Counted from the first letter of the stretch, positions 10,208 through 20,910 are shown. The stretch: 64,000 nucleotides of DNA from an uncultured Nitrososphaerota archaeon (GCA_963842885.1 CAWJIE010000003.1:1-64000); one strand, 5' to 3'. Notes: generated by a model from the letters alone, not told the origin. Numbers and translations: made by a program.

Positions 10208-11560
10208 TTGAACAGATCAAGGAGAATCCTCGTCGCTGGGATAACCGTAGCCGTGGCGGTGTTGGTGGTAGCGATGTTCGTCCCTGTCGTCCGCCTACTT
10301 GCGCGTATATACAGATTTAAGTATGTGAATACCATTAACGGTCCCGTGCGGTCCTCCCGTGCAACGATGGCAGGGGCGGTCACTCTGGCGCTCTGCCTTT
10401 GCGTTGTCCCCGTTCTGGTGACGGTGAGCCTACCATCTCCTGGGTTCAAGAACACTAGGCCGTTGAACTACGGGGTCCTTACGTCCGGCTCATGGAACGA
10501 CACGTCCCCCGCCTGGAGCCCGGACGGGACGCGGATAGCGTTCTCCTCTGACCGCAACGGAGGATGGGGGATTTACGTCATCACCCCCCAGGGCACGGGG
10601 GAGAAGCAGCTCACCCCGTCGGGCATGGTGGCGATGAATCCCTCTTGGAGCCCCGACTCGTCGCGCATCGCCTACTGGAGCCTGGAGGGCGACGTCTCCT
10701 CGATCAAGGTAGTGACAGTTTCCACTGACTCCGTAGTCACCGTGAGCGGCGTCGATAGCGCCGTCAACATGACCCCCGTGTGGAGCCCGGACGGTTCGCA
10801 CCTCCTCTTCTACGTGGAGGCGCCGACGTTGCAGCTAACGTGCGTGGACATGGGCACACACTCGGAGCGGGTCGTGGCGGCGGTGAACAGCCCCGACTTC
10901 AATCCCATCTGGGCCGGGAACGACCGGGTGATATACTCTGATACAGAGAGCGGGCTCTACATGATCAAGTGGACGAACCTGACTTCGGGCGAGACAGGGA
11001 TCCTGAGCGAAGGCGGAGCCAACTACTGGGCGGGGGCGATAAGCCCAGACGGCACCATGATATCCTACTATTCAAACGGGACTGGGTTGGCGCTGCAGCA
11101 AACGGCTGTTGGAGGCATTGGCCAGTGGGGGGGGACTGGGTCGCTGCTGCAACCGCCTCCCGAAGGCGTTAACGTCTGGGTCAACCTGCTGAACATAAGC
11201 GAGCTTGACGTCTGGACCGAAGGCCTGAGTGCCTACCATGCGTCGTACCTTTACCTTTTCACCACTCATGTTGATATGGTGCGTCCGGGGGAAGTCATCT
11301 CCGCGGATCCGCTACGTTGGAGCCCCGTTGGCGGCCTCGTGGCGTGCGTGCTCAACAGCTCGTCTTCCGGTCTGGGGGTCTACGTCTGGAACGTGAGCAA
11401 CAACGCCATAATGCAGATGGGTCCGCCGGAGGCACAATCGACGCAGCCCAGTTGGGACCCCGAAGGGACGGTCCTAGCCTTTAGCTCTAACTCCTCCGGC
11501 TTTTGGCATATCTGGATCGCGGAGTACATCGCACCTTACAATCCCGCGGCACCACCCTAA
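10208..11560 (+). CDS. TolB-like PD40 beta-propeller secreted protein (start may be 10346 or 10367)
   Basis: Repeated PAWSPDG / PSWSPDS / PVWSPDG / PSWDPEG motifs. Confidence 0.88.
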   Translation: MNRSRRILVAGITVAVAVLVVAMFVPVVRLLARIYRFKYVNTINGPVRSSRATMAGAVTLALCLCVVPVLVTVSLPSPGFKNTRPLNYGVLTSGSWNDTSPAWSPDGTRIAFSSDRNGGWGIYVITPQGTGEKQLTPSGMVAMNPSWSPDSSRIAYWSLEGDVSSIKVVTVSTDSVVTVSGVDSAVNMTPVWSPDGSHLLFYVEAPTLQLTCVDMGTHSERVVAAVNSPDFNPIWAGNDRVIYSDTESGLYMIKWTNLTSGETGILSEGGANYWAGAISPDGTMISYYSNGTGLALQQTAVGGIGQWGGTGSLLQPPPEGVNVWVNLLNISELDVWTEGLSAYHASYLYLFTTHVDMVRPGEVISADPLRWSPVGGLVACVLNSSSSGLGVYVWNVSNNAIMQMGPPEAQSTQPSWDPEGTVLAFSSNSSGFWHIWIAEYIAPYNPAAPP

Positions 11561-12013
11561 CTGGGTCAGCAGGATCGTTGACCGCGGCGCAATCCCATAA
11601 GTCGCAATTGAAGAGCATTTTTCTGTCACAATACTATTCATCTCGGCTCGGGCGCGGTGATCCCTGGTGGTCCGTCAGGCAACCTTCCTTTCACTGCGAC
11701 ACCGCCGACCCGCCAGTCAAAGTAGGTTCGCTCATGGGTGACCGACCCAGCATCCGCGGCGCCGGTCCCTTGTGGGGCGTTCCATATTCGATTGGTACGC
11801 CTTCCCCGCACCTCAGGCCGCACGTTCTCTGACCCTTCATTCAGGCCCAGCGTCTACGCGGACCGAACGGCCCTCAGGGCGTTTCAAATGCATATGTGAT
11901 TCGAAGGACAGTCGCCGTCACCGCGCCTAATGGGGCCAACTGGAGAAAAGGTGGACCTTCCAGGTAGTGAACACACATGCGTATTAGTCGCCGCCGACGA
12001 TAGAGTATTGTCG

Positions 12014-12418
12014 ATGAATTCTAGAACGACGGCGGCGATCTTGGCGGTAGTCATTATCGTGGTTACTGCAGCAGCCTTGCTGTACTTCGGCGCAGGCGTC
12101 GGTCAGAAATTTCAGGTAAGTGATTTGCAGATGAGAAGTACGGACCTCAACCTCCTCGGGTCGGTGTCATTCACGTTATCAAACCAGAATGACGTGCCCA
12201 TTTCCTCAGTCTATGTAATGGTGAATAGGACAAATCCTGCTTATTCCCCAAGTGATCTGAAGGTATCAAGTAGCGACCCGATTTCCCCAGGACAGTCGAG
12301 AGTACTTCAGTTCTTGTACCCGGATGTGACCCGAGGTCAGAGTTATTACATTACCATAACGGTTGACTTTGGAGACGGGAGTAGTGGCTCTTACAGCGCT
12401 ACCGTTCCAGGCGAGTAG
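12014..12418 (+). CDS. Membrane-anchored Ig-like hypothetical protein
   Basis: N-terminal TM segment, beta-rich body, ISPGQS motif. Confidence 0.65.
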   Translation: MNSRTTAAILAVVIIVVTAAALLYFGAGVGQKFQVSDLQMRSTDLNLLGSVSFTLSNQNDVPISSVYVMVNRTNPAYSPSDLKVSSSDPISPGQSRVLQFLYPDVTRGQSYYITITVDFGDGSSGSYSATVPGE

Positions 12419-12570
12419 AGTCACCTTTCCTTTAACGGTCCACCGCAAGGTTCCTCCGGGCTAGGGCCCGATTAGGTACGCTGGTGCCAACCCCCGAAGG
12501 ACGGAACTGGCACATCGGGCGGATTCTAGGAGAAAAGGGCGTGGAAGTTGACGCCGTGGTCCATCACAAC

Positions 12571-12650
12571 GGATATTGATTTCTTTTCCAGCGGCAGCAG
12601 ATATCCAAAAGATACAGAGGGACAAGCGGCCCCCTCGCCTCCAAACCTTA
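12571..12650 (+). repeat. Dispersed repeat copy
   Basis: GGATATTGATTTCTTTTCCAGCGGCAGCAGATATCCAA...AAGCGGCCC. Confidence 0.8.
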
Positions 12651-12819
12651 GCCGTGCAAGGAGTTCAGGCACAACCAGAAAGGCAGAAGCTCAATTACCT
12701 ATCGAGTCAAGTCTAAGATCGATGACCAGAGGGTTACCCGTACGTCTGGATAGCGGCCTTCCTTTCTGCTAGTCACTTGAGGAAGCTTCACTTCATCCTC
12801 CAACGAGAGCCTGGTCGAT

Positions 12820-12839
12820 CGCCGCCGCAGTCAGATTGT
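12820..12839 (+). repeat. 20-bp direct repeat (second copy 20922-20941)
   Basis: CGCCGCCGCAGTCAGATTGT identical at both sites. Confidence 0.8.
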
Positions 12840-13176
12840 CGTTGCTGAGCGACCGTTCCCTTCATGTGCGAATGCGCAATCACATGAACCCCGAAAAGGA
12901 ACACCTTTGAGCTCCAAGGTCTTCCTGATGAGTGATTTTCGCAGGTCTGGGAACCACGACCCATGGCTGAGGCAAACGGTCTAGCTTACCAGGGAAACGA
13001 CACGGTTTACCATAGACGGTCTACACAAACAGCGCGCTATATGTATAACTTTTGGTGCTTCAAATGCTTATTAGCTGCGAAGCCGCATCCAGCGTCCGGA
13101 GAGTGTATTACTCACGACCATGAATTTTCTCCTTACTAGAGGAAAACGATTTTGTCAACTAGGAGGTAGCTCCTAG

Positions 13177-14160
13177 ATGACAACAGAAACTACCGAAAAG
13201 AAGCAAACGACGAGAAGGGACTTCTTGAAGGGAGCAGGAGCAGGCGCAGTGGTGGGCGCCGTAGTTGTGGCAGGTGTCGAGGAAGGGATAAGGATACCGG
13301 GCCTGCCGTCAAAGACATCCACATCCACGTCGACTAAGACAATCACGGGTGGTACGACCACGGCAACGACCACGGCAACAACTACAGCAACGGCAACGAC
13401 CACGAAGACGGTGGTGCCACCGGCAGTCACCGTCGCACTGGCGGCCACTCCGGGCACCGTTTCAGCAGGTTCCTCCGTCACGCTCACCGCTACTCCAAGC
13501 GGTGGGACTTCTCCATACACCATAAGCATCGCATGCGGCGATGGAAGCACCTTGACTGCGAGCGGGTCTCACACGTATACGGCTGGCGGGAACTACACGG
13601 CCCTCGTGACCGTCACCGACAGCAACGGGATGCAGGGCTACGGCACTGCGACGGTGATGGTTACCGGCGCTCCGACGCCAGTTCCGCCGGCGACGTCCAA
13701 AGTAGTGACGCTCAATATCAACAACACGCCTTACACGCTAGAGGTGCAGAGCAACTGGACCCTTCTCGACACGATAAGGAACTCGCTACACATGTTCGCG
13801 ACGAAGGAGGGATGCTCAAGGGGCGAATGCGGAGCGTGCACCGTCATAGCTGACGGTAAAGCGATCTACTCATGTCAGGTGCTGGCTGTGGAGGCAGAAA
13901 AGATGCAGATAACCACCCTCGAAGGGCTGGGCGATTATGGCTCTGCCCTCACTGCGGTGCAGAAGGCCTTCATCCAGTACGAGGGGGCCCAGTGCGGGTA
14001 CTGCACTCCTGGCATGATAATGAGCGCCACTGCGCTCCTGAACGCCAATCCAACGCCGACGACGGACGAGATTCTGGCGGCCATGGCTGGGAACCTATGC
14101 ACGTGCGGCAACTACAACAAGATTCTACAGGCAATATCCTCGGTCGGAGGTGGATCCTAG
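13177..14160 (+). CDS. Mo-hydroxylase 2x[2Fe-2S] subunit with Tat signal, Thr-rich linker and PKD-like domain (PaoA/YagT-like)
   Basis: TRRDFLK; KEGCSRGECGAC; QCGYCTPG; NLCTCG; SHTYTAGGNYTALVTVTDS. Confidence 0.93.
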   Translation: MTTETTEKKQTTRRDFLKGAGAGAVVGAVVVAGVEEGIRIPGLPSKTSTSTSTKTITGGTTTATTTATTTATATTTKTVVPPAVTVALAATPGTVSAGSSVTLTATPSGGTSPYTISIACGDGSTLTASGSHTYTAGGNYTALVTVTDSNGMQGYGTATVMVTGAPTPVPPATSKVVTLNINNTPYTLEVQSNWTLLDTIRNSLHMFATKEGCSRGECGACTVIADGKAIYSCQVLAVEAEKMQITTLEGLGDYGSALTAVQKAFIQYEGAQCGYCTPGMIMSATALLNANPTPTTDEILAAMAGNLCTCGNYNKILQAISSVGGGS

Positions 14161-14161
14161 G

Positions 14162-16372
14162 ATGTCATTCAATGTGATCGGCGTCAAGACATCACCAGAC
14201 AAGCTCGCCACGCAGAAGGCCACAGGCAAACACGATTTCTCGACTGATCACGACTTCGAAGGGCTCCTGTACGCGAGGGCTCTGGGAAGCCCGTATCCCC
14301 ATGCGAAGATAACCGCCATAGACTCCAGCGCTGTGCTGGCGCTTCCTGGCGTCAAGGCAGTCACGACGTACCAGGACTGTCCGGTGCTGAGCCAAGAGCT
14401 GTTCTATGGTGGTCAGGAAGTGGCCCTGGTCGCCGCCACGGATCCACACATAGCTGACCAAGCCGTGGAGCTGTTCAACGTGACGTACCAGCAGCTCCCA
14501 TTCGTCACGGATGCCTTGGCAGCGGCTAAATCTGGCGCTCCGTTGGTGGGGGTCGTTCCGAACAGCAACATCATAGGGTCGCCGACGGTCATCAGTTGGG
14601 GCGACGCTGATGCCGGGCTCGCGGCGTCCGACGTGACGGTGACGGACACCGTCGGGTGGTCGGCCGGCTACCAGCATTCGACATTGCAAGCTCGAGCATG
14701 CATCGCCGTGTGGGACCAGAGCACGCAGGGCGGACTGACCATCTACACCAATTCACAGGATGTATTCTCCATGAGGGCGAACTTTGCGGGCGCCCTGGGG
14801 CTTCCGTTGACCAGCGTGACCGTCATAAGTCACGGAACGGGAGGCGCCCAGGGGGACCTTCAGACGCAAGGGGAGTGGTGCATAATGGCAGCCGTGTTGG
14901 CGAAGAAGGCGGGCGCTCCGGTAAAGTACAACCTTTCGCGAAGGGAGAACTACCTCAACGCCACTCACCAATACCCTGACTATGCCACGATATCGATCGG
15001 GGCTATGAACGACGGCACAATCAATGCGATTGAAGGAACGTTCTACAGCGACGTGGGCGCAATGGTGGCTCCTATGGTGGGAGACGCGATCTCTCCTCTC
15101 GAGCTGACATTCAACGTTCCTAACGCGAAATTCACCGGGTACTCTGTCGTCACCAACAAACCTCGTTGCTACGCTTGGAGGTGCGTCGGGGAGCCAGGAG
15201 GCCTCTTCGACATGGATCCCATCATCGAACAGCTGTGCACGAAGTTGAGCATGGACCCAGTGCAGTTCAGGGTGAAGAACGTCAAGACCATCAACGACAC
15301 GGACAACGGTACGGGGAAGAACTTCACGAGCATGGCATTGGCGGAATGCCTGAACACTGCTGCCACCACCATTGGTTGGTCGAGCAAGTGGCACAAACCG
15401 GGCACCAAGGTGCTCTCCGACGGCAGGTATCACGGAATCGGCGTCAGCGGATTCGTCTGCAACAAGGGAGCGTATTCGAGCGACAACAGCACCATGATAG
15501 TCACTAGCACCACGGGCGGCCAGTTCCTCGCGTTCATCGGTCATACCGGCATCCAGCAGTCACCATCGGCCCAGACGTCCATCGTAGCCGAGGCTCTGGG
15601 CGTGAACGAAGCCGATGTGCAGATTGGGGACTATGGAAACACGTCGACCACACAGAACTGTGGGAACCAGGGAGGAAGCACCAGGATAATCACGGCAGGC
15701 ACGGCCGGCATGAGGGCAGGGCAGGACCTCCTGTCGCAGTTATTCGCGCTAGCCGCACCGATGCTGAACACTACGGCCGACAAGCTTTCCGCCGCCAAAG
15801 GGCAGATCTACCTCACATCCGACCCGACGAAGTTCGTGACCCATGCGCAGGTCCTCGCCACGGCACCGCCGCTGGTGGGCATCGGACGCGCGACGCCATA
15901 CACCGACAAGGTCGTTCGGACCGACGTCGCCTGCTGCGCGGAGGTGGCGGTCGACACCGAAACGGGCGCTGTGGAGGTGCTGAACATCGTGGATGTTGAT
16001 GACCTAGGCAGGGCGATACACTGGATGGGAGCGGTTGGGCAGATAGATGGAGGCACGGTGTTCGATGTTGGGCAAGAGCTTTTCTGGAGCCAAATCACGG
16101 ACCCACAGACTGGCTTCGTAGTGAACCCAAGTTACCTAGACCAAAAGTTCCCCACCATTATGGACGTGCCTCTGGGCAGCAACTGCACCTCGATCCCATA
16201 CGAAGCGGTTGATTCGTTCGGCCCATACGGCGCGAAGGGCCTAGCCGAACCGTCGCTGGGGACCCAGCACGTCGCCATAAGCAACGCCATCTATAACGCG
16301 ACAGGCTTCTTCGTGAGGCAACAGCCTGCGGATCCACGGGCGGTGCTGAAGGCGTTGGGGAAGAGCATGTAG
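14162..16372 (+). CDS. Xanthine/aldehyde oxidoreductase family molybdopterin-binding subunit
   Basis: SPYPHAKI, GQIDGG, and GAKGLAEP with catalytic Glu. Confidence 0.95.
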   Translation: MSFNVIGVKTSPDKLATQKATGKHDFSTDHDFEGLLYARALGSPYPHAKITAIDSSAVLALPGVKAVTTYQDCPVLSQELFYGGQEVALVAATDPHIADQAVELFNVTYQQLPFVTDALAAAKSGAPLVGVVPNSNIIGSPTVISWGDADAGLAASDVTVTDTVGWSAGYQHSTLQARACIAVWDQSTQGGLTIYTNSQDVFSMRANFAGALGLPLTSVTVISHGTGGAQGDLQTQGEWCIMAAVLAKKAGAPVKYNLSRRENYLNATHQYPDYATISIGAMNDGTINAIEGTFYSDVGAMVAPMVGDAISPLELTFNVPNAKFTGYSVVTNKPRCYAWRCVGEPGGLFDMDPIIEQLCTKLSMDPVQFRVKNVKTINDTDNGTGKNFTSMALAECLNTAATTIGWSSKWHKPGTKVLSDGRYHGIGVSGFVCNKGAYSSDNSTMIVTSTTGGQFLAFIGHTGIQQSPSAQTSIVAEALGVNEADVQIGDYGNTSTTQNCGNQGGSTRIITAGTAGMRAGQDLLSQLFALAAPMLNTTADKLSAAKGQIYLTSDPTKFVTHAQVLATAPPLVGIGRATPYTDKVVRTDVACCAEVAVDTETGAVEVLNIVDVDDLGRAIHWMGAVGQIDGGTVFDVGQELFWSQITDPQTGFVVNPSYLDQKFPTIMDVPLGSNCTSIPYEAVDSFGPYGAKGLAEPSLGTQHVAISNAIYNATGFFVRQQPADPRAVLKALGKSM

Positions 16373-16382
16373 GTGAAATGGA

Positions 16383-17342
16383 ATGAAAGTCATCAACCAC
16401 TATGACGCGACATCGGTCTCTGACGCCGTTGCTATGCTGGACAAGTACGGAAGCGCAGCCAAGGTCATGGCCGGAGGTACGGAACTCCTCCACTCGATGA
16501 AGGGATTCATCAGGACGGATCTCCCCGACTACATCATCAACCTCAAGACCATTCCTGGTCTCGATGCGATAGCCGCGGGCTCGTCTGGGCTGACGGTGGG
16601 GCCGCTCGCAACGTTGAACAGCGTCGCTACGGACAGTAACGTCATCAGCACCTATCCCATGTTGGCGCAGGCCGCCAAGGCGGTCGCGACGAGCCAGACT
16701 AGGAACCTCGGGACCATAGGTGGAAACATCAGCCAGGAGGTGTGGTGTTGGTACTACCGCTGGGAGCACAACCAATTCAACTGCCTGCGGAAGGGAGGAA
16801 GCACCTGCTACGCGACGAGCGGCGACAACAGATACCACAGCATTTTCGGCGGCCCTGCAGGCTGCTATTCTGTGGCTCCGTCGGACACTGCCATCGCGCT
16901 GCTCGCCCTCGGGGCATCGGTCAAGACGAGCAAGCAGACCATACCGATCAGCCAGTTCTTCAAGGACCTCTCTCCGGGTCACGTCCTCGCCGCCGACGAA
17001 ATAATCACAGAGATCGACGTGCCGACTCCTCCGACGGGCAACAAGCAGGTCTTCAGCAAGTTCAGCCTCAGGCAAAGCTTCGACTTCGCCGTCGCAAGCG
17101 TGGGCCTGATGTGTGCGCCGGCGACATCGACCATCACCACGGCCAACATCTGGCTGGGTGGAGTCGCTCCGACTCCGATCGAGGCGACTGGAGCAGAGAC
17201 CGCCCTGAAAGGCAACGCCATCAGTTCCACAGTAGCAGCGGCCGCTGGAGCAGCCGCAGTAGCTAACGCCATTCCGATGAGCGGCAACGCATACAAGGTT
17301 AATATCGTCCAGACTCTAGTAAGCAGAGCGATACTGACGTAG
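16383..17342 (+). CDS. Mo-hydroxylase FAD subunit with [4Fe-4S] insert (PaoB/YagS-like)
   Basis: AGGTEL, RNLGTIGGNI, CWYYR..C..KGGSTC..C, PSD, LGGVAPTP. Confidence 0.95.
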   Translation: MKVINHYDATSVSDAVAMLDKYGSAAKVMAGGTELLHSMKGFIRTDLPDYIINLKTIPGLDAIAAGSSGLTVGPLATLNSVATDSNVISTYPMLAQAAKAVATSQTRNLGTIGGNISQEVWCWYYRWEHNQFNCLRKGGSTCYATSGDNRYHSIFGGPAGCYSVAPSDTAIALLALGASVKTSKQTIPISQFFKDLSPGHVLAADEIITEIDVPTPPTGNKQVFSKFSLRQSFDFAVASVGLMCAPATSTITTANIWLGGVAPTPIEATGAETALKGNAISSTVAAAAGAAAVANAIPMSGNAYKVNIVQTLVSRAILT

Positions 17343-17443
17343 GAAGTTGAGGATGGAGTTTGTCGCTTCATCCCCAACACCCCTTTTTCTTTGGCATGTA
17401 ACGCTTATGGTGAAATGGTTATGAAGACGAGTCGAATATCAGG

Positions 17444-17680
17444 GTGACGCACATGGAGAATGAAATGGACTTGACGCCGCTAGAGGCGCAATATGCGCCG
17501 TTGTGGGTGGCTGTCAAGGTCACCGCGAGGGACGGAATCGGTCAGCCCACAAGAGGTGTCTTGCTTTGCAAGCATTTGAGCAGACAGATGTTATCCCATG
17601 AACTTAATAATGTGACCGAGAAGGACGTCTGCATCTTCCAGGCGATGCAAGAAAGGAAAGGGTCTACGGTGGTCATATAA
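17444..17680 (+). CDS. Small protein, DUF5678-like
   Basis: YAPLWVAV motif; coupled (TAATG) to retropepsin gene. Confidence 0.55.
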   Translation: MTHMENEMDLTPLEAQYAPLWVAVKVTARDGIGQPTRGVLLCKHLSRQMLSHELNNVTEKDVCIFQAMQERKGSTVVI

Positions 17681-18102
17681 TGGGTCTGATCCTTCCTCTG
17701 CGCCGCGGCAAGCCGTTCTTCGTTAGGGTCCATGGGAGATACGGGATTCACGAGCTGCGCGCAGTCATCGACACGGCTTCCGAACTCTGTTTGATACAGA
17801 AGAAGGACGCGCTCGAGCTGGGTTACTCGCCGTTCTATTCTACCGGCTGGGCCAACGCCGGGCCAGGTACCACTGGCGTCACCCCCTTCAACATTATCGA
17901 GATGCCAACCTTGACCCTTGACAAGGTGGAGGTCGGCAGTGTGGTCTCGGAGAACGTACCGGCGGCTGCCTGCGACTTCATCGAGGACCTCGGGGTCGAC
18001 CTCATTCTGGGCCAGAGTTTCCTCAAGGGCTACGAGGCCTGTTTCGATTTTGCGAAGGAAAGGGTCGTGCTGACGAAGAAATCCGAAGGGGGATCGACTT
18101 GA
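17680..18102 (+). CDS. Retropepsin-like (clan AA) aspartic protease
   Basis: AVIDTASE and DLILGQSFL motifs. Confidence 0.85.
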   Translation: MGLILPLRRGKPFFVRVHGRYGIHELRAVIDTASELCLIQKKDALELGYSPFYSTGWANAGPGTTGVTPFNIIEMPTLTLDKVEVGSVVSENVPAAACDFIEDLGVDLILGQSFLKGYEACFDFAKERVVLTKKSEGGST

Positions 18103-18251
18103 GCCTCAAGCTTTCCTCCGTCCTCGCGGATGGCTGCTCAACGAAGCAGCGCATGGTGGATGTCTGGCGGCTCGAAAATCCATATGCTCTACCTTCGTGG
18201 CTTCTACGCCGGCCTCATCCTGCTTCCGGGTGGTGAACATCGAGTACCTTC

Positions 18252-18896
18252 TTGCGATGCTTGGCAGCGGGTAGCACGCTGCTTCTGGTCGTGGCGTTGA
18301 CTTCAGGGGCCTCTTGCGGGGCCGTCGTCCCATGGAAAGGCCCGTCCTTGGTGAGTCCGTTCTCCATTGCTGACCCTCAACAGGTTCAACCGGTCAATTA
18401 CACGCTAGAGCTTCGTACCGACAACACGACCTACTTTGTCGGCGACACTGCCACGTTCCAAGGACATCTGGGCCCCGGCCGCGTCGCCAGGATCCTGCTC
18501 ACGATAACGATAACAGATGGCAGCCAGGAGACGCGTTTCGTGTCCTCCAATAGCACTGGAGATTTCGACTTTGAGTATTATCTGGCTTCGGCGGGACCCT
18601 ACAGTGCCTACGCTCAACTCGTCGACCCGAGCATTAACAGCTCCATGACCAGCAATTCCGTCGGCTTTCTGGTTTCCTATCTCCCCATGACGAACACGAC
18701 GGTTACGTCTAGCACGACGGTTTCGTCCAGCACGACCTCGTCAGCTAACGGCACCAAAGCGGCGACTGCCGGCGGTCGACTGCCGAGTTGGTTGTTGCCG
18801 TTGCTCGCGCTGGTCATGGGGTTAATCTTGGCATTAGTAGTGCTGGTTCAAATCATTAAGAGGACCAAGCCTTTCGGCCGTCCTTCCTCGGAATAG
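18252..18896 (+). CDS. Secreted Ig-like protein with C-terminal membrane anchor
   Basis: Signal peptide, YFVGDTATFQG, S/T linker, C-terminal TM plus basic tail. Confidence 0.7.
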   Translation: MRCLAAGSTLLLVVALTSGASCGAVVPWKGPSLVSPFSIADPQQVQPVNYTLELRTDNTTYFVGDTATFQGHLGPGRVARILLTITITDGSQETRFVSSNSTGDFDFEYYLASAGPYSAYAQLVDPSINSSMTSNSVGFLVSYLPMTNTTVTSSTTVSSSTTSSANGTKAATAGGRLPSWLLPLLALVMGLILALVVLVQIIKRTKPFGRPSSE

Positions 18897-18934
18897 CGCA
18901 TGACGGGTCCGCTGCAAGGTTAATAACCGCCGCT

Positions 18935-19339
18935 GTGGTATTCATCCTGTTGCGCAAGGGTCGTAGAAAGTGGTTCCTGTCTGCGGCAATGGTCAGCATC
19001 GTCGTTGTGCTCATCGTGGCATATCAGGTTGCTGCAAGCCCCGTATCCCCGGGGTCCGCCAAGCCCCAGCCGACTCCAAGCGGGCAGACCTATTCCGTGG
19101 CCTTCCTTGAATACGGATTGTCAGCAGATTCCGCGTGGACTGTTACTTTCAATGGCACGACCTACCGAGGTCAATCTGCTTCGATAACCATCTACGGAGC
19201 CGCGGAAGGGAACTACTCGTACGCCATTGGTGACATTGAAGGCTACACCGCATCTCCGTCATCAGGTTTCGTCGCCGTCAATGGATCCAATGTGAATCAG
19301 GTCATAGCTTTCAGCCCGGCAAGTGTTCCATCGACGTAG
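18935..19339 (+). CDS. Membrane-anchored protein with archaeal surface repeat (Y.V.F.E.GL....W.V..NG)
   Basis: YSVAFLEYGLSADSAWTVTFNG...GNYSY. Confidence 0.7.
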   Translation: MVFILLRKGRRKWFLSAAMVSIVVVLIVAYQVAASPVSPGSAKPQPTPSGQTYSVAFLEYGLSADSAWTVTFNGTTYRGQSASITIYGAAEGNYSYAIGDIEGYTASPSSGFVAVNGSNVNQVIAFSPASVPST

Positions 19340-19835
19340 CGTCCCCTCGGGCAAGAAAACGAACAAGCTTAATACTTCAATTGACGCCAGGTCATATCGG
19401 TGGCGTTGGTCTTTGGATGAAACGACCGAGATACTTGAGCGGGTCATCTATGAGCGGCCGAGCAAGCTCCCTGTGGTTAGCCCGCAGGGCTCGTTCACGT
19501 GGCAGGTCCCAGTCTCCTTGGCTGTCCCCGAGGAGCTCAAGCCTGGGATGACGCTGGTTGTTAAGGTCACATCCGAGGTTGGTGTGGTTGCACAGCTCCT
19601 CAAGAGGGCGCCAGGCGGGGCGATGGGCGCGCTTGTTCTTAGCCCACCGCTATCGTCGAACCTGAATTTCGAATACCCAGTGGACGTTCCGGGGTTCTAT
19701 GAGCTGAAGCTGTCACAGGGCGAACTTTACCCGGTGGCGGACGCGACTGTGAGAATGGCAATAAGGGTCTCGAAGCCCAAGGACGACGGCGAGGAAGCTG
19801 CCAGTCGCGAGGACATGCCGGGCGAGCGAAGCTAG
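19323..19835 (+). CDS. Hypothetical protein (true start probably near 19413)
   Basis: Coding-like ORF downstream of TTAATA box. Confidence 0.5.
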   Translation: MFHRRSVPSGKKTNKLNTSIDARSYRWRWSLDETTEILERVIYERPSKLPVVSPQGSFTWQVPVSLAVPEELKPGMTLVVKVTSEVGVVAQLLKRAPGGAMGALVLSPPLSSNLNFEYPVDVPGFYELKLSQGELYPVADATVRMAIRVSKPKDDGEEAASREDMPGERS

Positions 19836-20406
19836 ATTCCGTTGGTATCTCCGGAAGCAATCTGCAAACCGGCGAACCCAAGGGGGGAGCATATGGCGAG
19901 GCCCAATCCATCTTAATAGGTGAGAGGATGGGTATTCACCGCTCCAGAGACAACCGCCATCCATGCGTGATAGCTGCCGGATGCGTCACAACATAAGGCA
20001 ACATTCATGCTATCGGGCCCCCATGTCGGCTCCGGGAATCGCCGACGGCTGATTCCACACGCACCATCGTCGTGTGTCTTTAGTTCCAGACATAGACATC
20101 GCGGCCCGGAAGGGGACTGTCCAACACGCAGGCCAGTGGGTTGCCATCTGGACTCCACCGAAGCTGACTTGTTATGACCACACGCTCCGGCCACTGCAGT
20201 CCAAAGGCCATTGATGCCGACAGGATCTCCGTCAAGCTCGGTCCTTGGCTCTTCATGGTGGGGAGGTTGGGTGTGGGTTATCGGTGAACTACCTCCTCTG
20301 GGTCCTAGATACTCAAGAGGGGACCAAGCATATGCAACGCGCAGACTCGAACTCCGAATTAGTGTCAATCACACTCACGGAAAATCAAGCGAGAATCTTG
20401 CTCAGC

Positions 20407-20910
20407 CTACTGGAGTATTTCGAAGAGATCGATGAGATAGGTTCGGTTGGCGGCGGTCGTTAGTGGCTCTTTCAGCTTCTTGAGTTCGCTCGGGCCTATC
20501 TGTCGTATCAGTTCCCTTATCTCGACCGTCTCGCCTGCCTGCTGTTTCAGAGCATCTATCCTGACCGCAGCCCTCACCAGGTCCTTGCGGGCCCGGGGTG
20601 AACCACACCTTCCGCAGCATCCCGTCCCCGGCGTGTTGTCGCTCCTGCATCGAGGGCACTTAATCGCCGTGAACTCTAGTTTCGGAGGCTCGAGCGTCTT
20701 TCCGGCGTGAACCTTGGTCAGTTTCTCGTCGAGGTCCCCGCTCGCCAGGTGGACGTACACGAGAGGCATACGTAAGGACATGGTCCAGCCATAGAAGACC
20801 GTCTGTTCGGAGTCGGTCGGGAGCTTCGCGTTGGCCGTGGCGCTTCCGTGGCGCAGCGTGTTGGAGTTGAACGCGAGCCCTTCCTTGCCTTTGGTCTCCG
20901 CTTGTGGCTT
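20407..20910 (-). pseudogene. C-terminal remnant of tyrosine recombinase/integrase with zinc ribbon
   Basis: In-frame NSNTLRHGSATANA..FYGWT..RMPLVYVHL..CPRC..CGRCG; no N-terminal catalytic Arg region; first His of HxLRH replaced by Asn. Confidence 0.85.

Noticed and set aside
12925-12950. CTGATGA hammerhead-like core (also at 51486)
   Set aside because: No correctly placed GAAA or stem III
13355-13405. 12-bp tandem repeat as an independent element
   Set aside because: Encodes the Thr-rich linker of the Fe-S subunit
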